Shown: positions 11,219 to 22,400 of the stretch, in pieces
Position numbering within the stretch: position 1 is the first letter of the stretch
How the letters are laid out: each line of letters opens with the position of its first letter
Assembly (NCBI RefSeq): GCF_000142905.1
Contig: NW_013657663.1
Location: 372,001 to 436,000 of the forward strand
Source of the DNA: Thecamonas trahens ATCC 50062
Lineage: Eukaryota > Protista > Apusomonadida
Reading direction: 5' to 3'
DNA length: 64,000 nucleotides
Made by a program: the position numbers and the translations under genes
The notes under the pieces: generated by a model
Database searches by the model: none
What the model was told of the DNA's origin: nothing
The model's input: only the letters and a program-made list of their open reading frames with translations

Positions 11219-14200
11219 TTACAACCGCTCCTTCTTGCCCACCCGCTCGCTGCGGTCGGTGCGCTCGCTGCGGTCGGTGCGATCGCCACGCTCACCGCGC
11301 TCACCACGCTCGCCACGCTCGCGCGGCCGACGCTTGTTCACCTTGCGCTCCTTGGCCTTGGCCTCCTTTTCACGCTCACGCTCCTTGGCCACCGCTAGTT
11401 CGGCAGCCTCGCGCGCCGCGGCGTGCTCGGCCGCTTTGCGCGAGCGGTAGCTTTCGCGGAGCCGCGCATCTCGCGTTCGGTACCGGTGCAGCTTGGCACC
11501 GAGCGACTCGAGCTCGTGATCGAACGCGGTGTGGCTCTTGTTCCGGGCCTTGCGCTCCCGGTTGCGTCGTCGCCACTCGCCGCGCCGCGCCGACCGGAAC
11601 GCCCGCTCGGCGTCGCGGATGCACTCAGCCTCGTCTGCCCGCGCCTCGGCGTCCTTCAGCACCGACTCCTCGTCCGCGCCGCGGATGACCGGCTTGCTTG
11701 TCGCCACCCGCAGCTCGTCGGTGATGGCAGGGTGTGCGTCGACCGGTGGCGGCGCAGTCTCGCGCGTCGATCGCTTCTTCGACGACCGTGACGATCGCGT
11801 CGACCGAGAGCCCGACGGTGTTTGCCGTCCGCTACGCGACGCCGACCGCTTCAGCTGCGCTCCGTCATCGTTGGTCATCGACAACGACGACGCTGTCCGC
11901 TCAGCCACAGATGCCAGCGAGACACCGCTGCGCAGCTCGCCCGACGGTGCGTACGACTCAAGCCACAAGGCCCGGAGTTTGGCCGCCTTGGTCGCCCGCC
12001 CGGGCGCCTCGGCTTCCCAGCTCTCCTTGATCGTCTCCAGCTCCTTTTGCCGCGAGTCGTCGACTTCGAGCCCAAGCGGCACGTCCGAGTACACCGTCAG
12101 CGACCATGGGAGCTTAGCCTCACTTGGATCATCATCCACAAGTTTGGACCGTGACTCGGAGGTCCGCAGCTTGGATGACATAGCTCGCCGATCGCGTGAC
12201 TTGGACCGCCGCTTGCGATCCTTCTCCTTCTCGCGCGTCGCGTCGCGCGGCTCGCCCGCGCTCATTCCGCCTGCACCAGAGCCGGAAACCATCGACTCGT
12301 CACCTTCGCCGCTCCGCCGCGACCGGTTCCGCCGCTTCGGTGGTGCTCCTGCGCCCGACATCCCATCTGGCGAGGCGCGCGCCACGTCCGACAGCGAGTC
12401 TGGCGACGCCAACGAACCGGCCCAGCTGGCACACTGGAGCGTGCCAACCACCACGTACCGCGAGCCGCGATGGAGCGTCACAGCACCTCCCACACCGCCG
12501 TCCCCAGCCCCGCTGTTGTCGCCGCCGATAGCGCTTTCGTCAACTTCCAGCAGCGTGGTAAGGCCGCCCAGGGGCGACGACGCCGAGCTGTTGAGCCACC
12601 CAGCCCCGCCGGCCTTGCCTCCATTGCCGCCGCCCTCACTCGCCTCGGCCGGCGACAGCGACGGCCCACCGCCCTCGGTCACCGCAGGCAGCCGCACGTA
12701 TGGCAGCACGACACGCCCACTGGCCTCGGCCTCGCCAAGCACCCGCGCCGCAGCGTCAACCACATCTAGGCGCGCCCCGGTGAGCGCTGTTCCCACGTCG
12801 AGGACTCGGAGCTGCACCTTGACCTGCGGGTCCAAAACTTTGAGAGCAAACGCGACCGTGGCGTCGTCCTTGGGCGTCACCACGTAGCGGAAGACCATGC
12901 CGCGGTGCGACCGCCGGTACCAACCCTGCTCCACCACGCTCTTCGTCTCCTCGGCCACCGGTGACAACGGCTTGTCGGACAAAACGTCAACCGCCACCGC
13001 CCGCCAACCTGCCCGGCCTCCTTATCGAGCGGGACGATGCAATCGGCCTGGACAGTGTACAGCGCGTCGGCGCCTGTTGCCGCAACAGGCTTGTACACCC
13101 GCGCCTGCGCCGTGTGTAGCAGAGGCGTCGTAAACCGCTCATCGCGCGAGTGGTCCAGCACAGACAGCTGCGCATACTTGGCCGCCAGCGGCGTGTCCAC
13201 AGACAGCTGTACAGACATCCGAAGCTGCTGCGAGACGCGCATGTTGTAGCGGAACCAGAGCGACCACGCCCGGTCTGGCGCCTCCGGCACCCGCCCGGTA
13301 AACTCCTGGACGTGGACACCGAGGAAGGTCTCCAAGACGCGCTGCTTGGGCGCGAGGTAGATCTTGACACATGCCCCGCCCAAGAACAGGAGTACGTCGC
13401 CGGGCGCGCCGTCGACGTGAACAGTAAAGGTGTGCGCGCCCGGCCTCAGGTGCACGCTCGCCGACGCCACCTCTCCAGGCGGCGTCTCCACCAGCGCCAT
13501 GGTCGGCCGGTTTCCGCGATCGCGCCAGTCAAACCCGTTGAGCACCACCGTCGACGTCGCCGAGTTTCCTCCCGACGCTGCAAGCACCAGCGAGAGCTCG
13601 TTGCCTGGTGGTGGCGGAACCGTGTACGCTTGCCCGTTCACCAGCGGTGGTCCGGTCCGCCGCCGCCGCCGCTGCTCTCCGCTCTCGCCAGAGCCTGATC
13701 CGCTCCCACCTTCGCTTCTGTCGCCCTCGTCATCGTAGTACTCGTCGTCCGAGTCAAACGAGGTCGAGGTTGCCATCGACACCCGTGAGCCGCCGCCGCC
13801 ACCACCGCTCACGTCATTCACCGCGGCTTCAGATACGACAACGTGCAAGATCATTGGCGTCGCCGCCCGGCCGGCCACCGCAAATGGATTGATCGCCAGC
13901 GCATCGCTCGACGACCCGCCTAGCATGCTGCCTATGCCACTCGCCGCGGACGAGTTGGCAAACGTCGGCCCGGTGCTTGTCGCTCCCTGATCACCAGACT
14001 CGCCACTAACCGCACCGCCGCCGCCGCGGGAGCGTGCTTGCCGCTTGCCACTGTCGCGCCCTAATACACCACTGGCGCTGCTTGCGCCAAGACTGTGACC
14101 ATGCCCATGCCCGTGCCCGTGCCCGTGCCCGTGCCCGTACCCATGTCCGTCTCCGTGCCTGTCTCCGCCGCGCTTGCTGCTTCCTCCAGCCTTGTCGTCG

Positions 14201-17200
14201 CCACCCGAGGCAGACTTTTTCTTGCGCGACGCACTCTTGCGGCTCTCCGTCCCACTGCTGGAGGTGTTGAGGCCCGAGGCCTTGGCAAGGTCGACGTTTC
14301 CGACACCGATCGAGAGGCTCGCGTGTTTTGCACCCACATACGACGACTGGTACGCACGCATCGGGTTTGCGACCATGAGCGCATAGCGCGCCAGCGCTGG
14401 TGGTGCACGGTCGTCGACCCCAACGTCGCCCAGCTGGATCGCGTGGTGCGCCGGCTTGGGCGGTGCAAGAACATCGCGGGCAGGGTCCACAACATGCGTC
14501 GCCAGCCGCGCGTGGTATCCACGCGGGTCGCGGAAAACAAAGAGGACCGAGAACAGCTCCATAAAGTCGAGGTAAGAGACCCACTCGGGTGTCTTTTGCT
14601 GGATCCGCACAGGGTGCTTGACCACAGACGGGAGCTTGATCGGCGCGTCGAGCGTAGCCTCGCGTGCGGTGTCGTGGCCAGCCACGCCGGTCGGTGTTGA
14701 CGCCTCCGACGGCCCAGCTCCGCTCGGTGCAACGTCGGGCAACTCGGCGAACGAGACTGCCCGCCGCGCTTTGGGCACCTCGGCCACCGACGACGCCGAC
14801 GACGTCGCCCGCTCTGAAGCCTCGGCCGAGTCGTAGTACTCGGACGAGGCCGAAGGCGACGACGGCCGCGGCCCGCTGGACGTGGTACCCGCCCCGGTCT
14901 GTGCAACGTTGGGCATGGTGTGGAAGGTAGCCGTCCGCTGGATGCGGGCCATATCGCCGAGCGCCGGCCGGCGCCGGACAGGCGCATGGACCTCGGGCGC
15001 CGCCCGGGCCCGCCCGGGTGAGTCAACCGCAGCAAAGCTGCCCGGCCGTGGAGCCGTCCGCGATGCCCCAGACGGTGCTGGCTTGGGCGGCGTCGCTGTA
15101 TCCACTAGCAACTGCCGGCCGTGGACCGGGTGGATTCTAGTTTGCAGGCACACATACACGTGCTTCTTGGAGTTGACATGCGCCTCGGCCACCACAATCA
15201 GCTGCCGCTTGACCGCGTCGTGAATGGCATCCCACACGCGCTCGCCGGCAAGTTCGGATGCATGCGACGGGTGCGGAATGGGCACCGCTGTTGGTGCCCA
15301 CCCCGTCAGCCACGAGAGCATCCACGGCGTCGCCGATGCCGACGGCGCCTGCCGCAGGAACCGGTGTAACGCAGAGAGGGTTCGCTGTGACGGGGCAGGC
15401 CGGGTAGACGCCAGCGGCCGTGCAGGCGCGGGCTGGGCGACAACGCCGACACTCACACTCGAGCTTGTGCCCGTATCCACCAGTCCAAGCCTAGCATGAA
15501 GAACCAGGAGCGCCTTGGCCATCAGCCACGGCCAGACTTCACCGCGATGCGCCGACCGTGGCAGCAGGACCTCGCCCGAGGCCGAGACAGGAAGCCGGTC
15601 GTCAAACGGAAGCGCGTAGGCCGTTCCGCCAAGATGGACCTTGAGCAGGTACTTGCCCGCTGGATTGAAGACCGGCACGCCGTTGACCTGCGGATAGAGA
15701 TTCTCCCACAGAAAATCGCTCCGTGCCAGCGTCTTGCGCTTGATGTGCATGATGCGAAGTGTCCACGCCAACGTCATCACCGTCTCGTCGCGCTCCGACG
15801 GAAGAACGAGCCCGTACATGTCGCGGACGTCCGAGACTCGCTCCTCCGTGACTTTGGCAGGGAGGACCGAGAGCTTGGCAGGCGGAGCCGAAGCGGGACC
15901 ATCGAGCACCACACCCTCATCGCACGTCTTCCACATCCGCGGCAGCGTCGCCGTCTCGCCGCCGCCCGAGCTACCGCCTCCGCCTCCACCCGAAGCACCA
16001 CCGCCAGCATCGCCACCGGTGGCCCGCCTTGAAACCTTGGAAGACTTGCCGCGCCGCGCGCGCTTGGCTGCAGCTTTGCTCGCGTGGCCGCTGGAGGCCG
16101 TGTTCTTGTGCGACGAGCCGCCCGAGCCGGGGGCAGCATCGTCGTCACCGCCACCGCTGCTAGCCTTGTCGTTGTCAAACACCAGCGCTTTGCGCTTCAT
16201 CGTGCCCGAGTGCCCGAGATGGCTGGCAATGGTTGTAAGGAGCGACGGCACATCGTTAAGCGGCGTGCCGGGCGCAACGCCGGCGTCAACCAGCAACTGT
16301 AGCGGATGCGGGAGCTTGCCGATGGTGCTGGCAATCGAAACTTCGGTCTCGCGGACAACCGGAATGTGGACAGCCGGCACCGCAGGAAGGACCGAGACCT
16401 TCTGCTGGCTCACATACTGACTCTGTGCCTTCTCCAGCGCCGACGCCAGGGAGACGCCGTGCGACGAGACCAGCTCATGTGACGAAAGGTGGCGGGACAT
16501 CGACTTGCGTCGGCTCGCAATCGAGGCGCCAGTCGCGGTCTCGGCCGTCACTTCGCCGTCTCCGCCACTCGCCTCGCCGCTCTTGCCGTTGCCGCTACCA
16601 CCGCTCCGCGAGCTCGACGAGCTCTCGCTTCCACTCGGTACAGACACGGTGGTTGTCCCGTACGTCCGCAGGTAGCACGGATACAGCCTCTCCCAGTGAT
16701 CGATGAGCGCGGCCATTGACTTGGGAACCTTGGGCTCGCCGTACACAAGATCCTCGTACAGCGGCGAGAAAGATGATGTCTTCGGCGCCGACGGCCCCGG
16801 TGAGGGACCGCTTCCGCCGCCACTCCCGCCATTGCTGTGGCCAGACTTGCGTGACTTGCGCGAGCCGCGAGAGATAGAGGTCGCCGATGCCGAGCCCTGG
16901 TGTGCCAGAGACGACCGCTCGCCAACGCTCCGGCCACTGCCGGTTCCTGCCCCACCCGAACTAGCGTGACTGCTGCCGTTGCCGGTTGTCCTCGGCTTTG
17001 GATCGAGCGACGACCGCGGCGAAGGCGGCTTAGACGAGCCGTGCCACCGAGTCGAGGCAAGCAACGAGTCTGACCACAGCGGGAGGTCGATGTTGAGCGG
17101 AACGGCCGGCGCAGCAGCGCTGGTCCCTCCACCCCCAACACCACCACTGCCGCTGCCACCGCTGCCACCGCCACTTGGACTTCCACCAGCACTGCTTCCA

Positions 17201-17379
17201 CCTCGTCCCAAGTTTCGCGGAGGCACCATGGGCGACAACGATGCTGCAGCTTGGGCCGAGCCAGTAGCACCACTCCCGCCGCCAGAGCCACCGCCAACAC
17301 CGCCATCGCCAGCACCACCTCCAACCAAGCCTCCTGCTCCACTATTCCCTTCTCCACCTCCCATACTCGGGCTGCTCAT
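11219..17379 (-). CDS. ADGB: Androglobin-like protein (calpain-like N-terminal domain, C2-like domains, ADGB C-terminal region); two ORFs joined by an apparent -1 frameshift at 12981-12984
   Basis: WENLYPQ..PVFNPAGKYLLK..DDRLP..LLPRS..EVWPWLMAKALL, and LEVDDSRQKELETIKESWEAEAPGRATKA resembles ADGB DTERADEIRAMKQAWETTEPGRAIKA. Confidence 0.8.
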
Positions 17380-17838
17380 GGTCTGGCGCTTGCTCTTGCC
17401 AGCTGTTCCCTCGTGAGAGCCGTGGTCAAACCTCTTTGCCCTTAGTAACTCTCAACGTCCGACCTCGCCAGCACCCACCCCCGCCCGCCGCCAAGCACCG
17501 CCGTTACAAGCGGAACATGGCCGCGCCTTTGATTTGCTGGACACGATCGCGATCGCGATCGCGATCACGATCATGATCACCCACCTTCCGTCACCCCGTG
17601 GGTAGACATGGTTGAGAGCAGGAGGGGATAGCACCTCTCTTCAACCTCTCTCCTTTGGACAAGACAACGAGAGTTGGAGGTGTGGGAGGGTGTGCGTGTG
17701 GGTGGCTGGTTGATTGATTGGCTAACAGGCTGGCTGGTTGCTGAGAGGCGAGGCGTGGAAGGAAGGTGAACGACGGCCAGAGGCGTCCAGGGGCTGACGT
17801 GCTGCTGCTGATTGCGGCTGACTGTTGCGATCACGATT

Positions 17839-18753
17839 ATGCTGTTTGAGGGCGTACCGGGCTTTGTCAACGCTTGGGTGTCCAAGGGTGTGGTGGTGGG
17901 TGTGGGGCTGGCCTCGATTCTGGGTTCTGTCTTGGGATGGAGGCATGCGTGGACGTTGTACTTGCCTGGTGTGGTACGCAACGGGCAGGTGTGGCGGCTA
18001 GCCACGGCGCCATGGGCCTTTGGCTCGGCCGCGGAGCTCATGTTGGGGTTGCTCCTGCTTTACTACTTTCGGCAGTTTGAGCGCCAGCTGTCAGGGCCCA
18101 AGTTTGCCATGTTTGCCATGCTGGTAACGAGCGTGGCGACGCTGCTGCAGATCGGTCTTCTCTCTCTGCTCGCGCCCTACGGTGTGGTGGCGCTCTTGCC
18201 CGGGCCATACGGCCTCATATTTGCTTGTCTCGTCAAGTTCTACTACGATGTACCGATGACGTACCGCTTCACGGTGGCACACCTTCCTCTCAACAACAAG
18301 TTGTTTGTCTATGTCCTGGGCGCGCAACTGGCGCTTGCGTCGGGCTTGCACTCGCTTGCCGTGGCAGCAACCGGCGTCGCGGCTGGCTTGCTCTACCGCT
18401 CCGACCTAGGCGGCATGCACTCGATGGTGGTGCCCAAGGCGGTGACAGCCGTGTGTGTCAAGTGTTTGCTGCCTGTCCTCGCCCCACTCCCATCGCGGCC
18501 GTTTGCTCCGCCACCCGCCACTGGCTCCGGCGGCACCTCCGGCGATGCGTCCGCTGAGGACGTGCGTCTAGTTCCGTTCTCCATTCCTATGACTGCGCTT
18601 CCTTTCACCCGCACGCCGGTGAACCGCGCTTCCCGCAGTAATGCAGCCGGAGGCCGGACCAGTGGCGGCGACGACGATCTGCACGATCTGTTTGGCTCAT
18701 CGGCCTCGGACGATGCCCACCAGTTTAATGGACGCGGAGACGAGCTTGTCTAG
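17839..18753 (+). CDS. UBAC2/Dsc2-like rhomboid pseudoprotease; no C-terminal UBA domain visible
   Basis: GFVNAWVSKG, QVWRL, LLLYYFRQFERQLSGPKF, GPYGLIFA; several transmembrane segments. Confidence 0.8.
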   Translation: MLFEGVPGFVNAWVSKGVVVGVGLASILGSVLGWRHAWTLYLPGVVRNGQVWRLATAPWAFGSAAELMLGLLLLYYFRQFERQLSGPKFAMFAMLVTSVATLLQIGLLSLLAPYGVVALLPGPYGLIFACLVKFYYDVPMTYRFTVAHLPLNNKLFVYVLGAQLALASGLHSLAVAATGVAAGLLYRSDLGGMHSMVVPKAVTAVCVKCLLPVLAPLPSRPFAPPPATGSGGTSGDASAEDVRLVPFSIPMTALPFTRTPVNRASRSNAAGGRTSGGDDDLHDLFGSSASDDAHQFNGRGDELV

Positions 18754-19414
18754 CTATCTACCTCCAACGCGCGAATCAAAGCTCACTACCGCCAAAGCAC
18801 GAGGCCATCAGCGTCCGTAAGATGACCGCCGGCAGTGAGTGATGTAAATGGCCGCAGCGATCAACGCGGCAGAGGTAGCTACTTTCACACCAAAGATCTC
18901 TGATTGCAAGCAATTGCTCGCCGCAGTCGTCGTGTGTGCAGCTGGTGTCCAGCGGGCGGGAGCGGGCTTTGCCAGTCAGGCATGCCTAGCTCAGCTGGCA
19001 AGGGGGCCACACGGCTAAGCGAGACGACAGCCAATGCCAATGGAAGAATGCGGAGTTCGAGGTAGTCACCTCTTCTCGCTAGTACGTACGGGTGGGGAGT
19101 AGTGGGGAGGAGAGCGGAGGATACAGCATATATATCATAGGCCACCCACGGTGTGTAGGGCGGAGGGTAGAAGGAGGGGACAGAGGTCGAGAGGGTGTGG
19201 AAGGGTGTGGCGGTATGGGGTGTGTGGTGGGGGGGGGGGGAAGGAAGGGGGAACAGCGTTCGATGACCGGACTGACGAAAGCGGTGTGACGCCACACAGG
19301 TCGCAGTCCCCGCTCCCGCCCCTGTCCGGTTTCTGAACTACGCGTTGCTGGGTGTGAAGGCAAAGAAGCAAGGTTGGCAAGTTGGAGAGGAACAAGCAAG
19401 GAGACACAACATAG

Positions 19415-22400
19415 ATGAAGATAGAGGTTGCTGATAATGCGCGGGGCAGGCTGCCACCGCTTCCCAAGACGGTGGCCGAGTGGGCCGAGAGCTTGGAGAC
19501 GGTCGACGTGGGCGACGAAGCAGCCTTGGTTGACTGCCTCCTCGGCTTTCCCGAGTACACCGGGCCGGTGTACTTTCTCTCGCTGGCGCCCATTCTCAAC
19601 ATTTTTGACGAGGTGCTGGAGCGGAGCGTGGGGGCGACCCAGGTGTGGCCCGAGGGCGACGATGCCGCTGTGCTCCGGGTGGCGAGTGAGAGCTTCCCGG
19701 AGCAGGCTGTGGTTGAAGTTCTCCGTGTGACGTGCATACTGCTGGAGAATGGCGGCGCTTCGACCAAGTACTACGGCTCGTGGCCGTATGTGGTGGCGCT
19801 GGTGCACATGTGCTCGCGCAGCATCCGGCTGGCTGCGTTTGAGGTGTTGGTGTACTTTCCGCTTGACACTGACAAGCCGGAGCTGCTCCCGGTCCGCGAT
19901 GCGGTTCTCGACGTGGGCGGCCACTTCGCGGCAGGCCTCGGCTCTCACGAAGAGGGGCTCGACTGCTTTTCGTCGGTGGCAGCGGCGCGGGCTGAGGCCA
20001 CCGACGCAGCGGCGACGGCTGCGGCCGGCCTTGACTGGGCGTGGCCACAAAAGCCAACCAACAAGAGCAATACTGTTGGGCCGCTGGTCGAGTTTACTGG
20101 TCCGGCGGTTGTGGCACCGACGACTGCAGCGGTGGAGGAGACGGTGATGCGGCTTTGGTCTGAGCATGCCGAGTCGAGCAAGCTTGCCGGATCGGCCATC
20201 ATGGGCCTTGTAGCGGCTGTAGAGCGATCGCACGCGCTCAACTCAGGCCGTGACGCCCGTGTCCGAGCCGTTAATGAGCGGTTGGTGGTCTCGGCTATGC
20301 TCCTCATGCACTGGGGTACGCTCCCGCCGCGTTTGGCCAACACGCTTCACATGATCGAGCCGAAGTTTATGACAAGCGCGATGCAGGTGGCGCTCGCCAA
20401 CGAGGCCGCCGGCGTGCCGGACGCTACGCGGATTCTGGTGTTCAAGGCTTTGGTCCCGATCCTCAGCACAGCGTCGCACCACCGGAAGCAAGTCCTGGAA
20501 GCGCTGGATGTGACCCATCACGCTGGGGCGCTGCCGACGCGGCTGCGGGTGGTTCTGTCGCAGCTCAAGGCCGGTAAGGCGTCTGTGGCCGAGGCGCTGG
20601 CGCTGCTCGAGGTGGTGCGTGTGGTGGTCCTCCTTATGCCATCGCGGATAGCGCAGTCGGGCGTGTTCAACGCGCTTGTACCTCTGCTGGAGCGGCTGAC
20701 GCCAGCGTATCTTTTGGTTGCCGCAGCCGCGCTGCGCATCATGAATCTTCTGCTGGGCGAGCCGGTAGCGATCGCAGCGCTGTTTGAAGGCGACGGATGG
20801 ACCAAGGTGCTGCAGCGGCTGACGACCGAGGTTGCACTGCTGCAAGCGTCCGGCGAGGTCGACGGCACGAACAGCACGAACGAGGCAACGAGCAGTGGGC
20901 CGAGCCTCCAGCTTCCGGGCGGGGCGGGCGGGTCGCTCCGGATCCCGCTACCACGGTCGACGTCGACGATGTCGATCCCAGACCCAGAGGCGTCCGACGC
21001 GGTGGAGGACGCGCAGCGGGCAGATGTTGTTGTGGCGGCGATGGAGCTGCTGACGGACTCTGTGAGGCGGCCAGAGATGGCGATGCACCTCGGAACGATT
21101 GCACAGTCGCCGCTGGCGACGGCGCTGAAGGACATGTTCTCGCGCGGCGCAGCTACAGACTCGCCGTACACGCCCGAGGTGGTAGCGGCGGCGTCGTCGT
21201 TGGTCTACCATTTGATCAACGCGGACGCGGCAGCGGCGGAGCCTCTCTTCGCAGCTGGGCTTCCTGAGGCATACCTGACAGGGCTCGAGTCGCGAGTGCT
21301 GCAATCGTCGCACGAAGCGATGCAGATGGCGTGCATGGTGCTGCACGCGATCTGTGTCCGCAACGAGGGCTTTGAGCTTGTCCGCAGCCGCGGCTCGGTT
21401 GTTCACATGGTCAACAGCCTGTGGGTACCGGAGACCGGTTTCACCATCACCAACATCGGCCCATCGCTCTCGCAACTGCTCCAGAGCCGGCGCGAGCTGC
21501 TCGACCCAGCCATGGACGCGCTGGTTGAGCTCTTGCATACTGTCATCGAGGGCATGCGGAGCGAGACGAGTGAGCTCGCCGATGTGCACACCGCATTCCG
21601 GGCGATTGTGCATGCCATCGACAACGAGGCCATGATTGAGGCGCTTGTGGTGCGCGGCGGGCACCAGCTCCTCATTGCTGAGTTTGGCGCTCTGCCCGAG
21701 GGCTCGCAGGTGGCTGTCATGTCTGTGGTACGGCAGGTGGCGGTCGGGCATGCGACGGCGACGCTCAACGACATTCTGGCGCAGGTCTCGATGCATGCCA
21801 CCAAGCCGCTGGCAGCACGGACGCTCGAGGTGCTGCGGGCGGTCCGAGCGTACAGCAAGCTTCTCAAGCAGCTTGCCAACGACTTTATTGGCAACAACTT
21901 GCCGTCTTCGGCGCTGCAGGCGTGGACGTCTGCACCGTCGCGGGCCCACTGTGAGCAGCTCTTTAGCATGTACGCTCAGGTGGCTCAAGTGCTCGCCGAC
22001 GACGGCTACGTAGTGGTGGTGCCCGCCGAGGGTCTTGGGGCTACACTGGTGGTCAAGCCCGAGTCGGATGAGGCTGCCTCCGGATCGGATGTGACGCTGG
22101 CTCAAGTGGAGCTTGTCCGTGTTGTCAACCAGCTGTTTGGCGCGGTCATGGCTATTGTGCAGCAGACGCGTCGGTCGCGGCGATACGGGTACTCGCCGCA
22201 CAGCTCGGACCGCGACGGCGCGAGCAGCGCGCTGGATCTGGCCGACTTGCTGGTCAACGCGTACCACGCTTGCGTGTCGGCGCCGTCGTGGACAGTGTCG
22301 CCTCACACGCTGCTCGACGCGCCGGCGCTGCGCTTTGCCGCGGGCATTCTGGACACGTTCCACGTGTTTCTGTTTGGCCCGTCCGGTGGCTCGGCCGCCG

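Noticed and set aside
19078-19092. CTAG|TAC|GTACGG as a 3-nt microexon upstream of HUWE1
   Set aside because: It is equally read as one GTACGT donor of a 5'-UTR intron, and there is no reading-frame constraint to test it.
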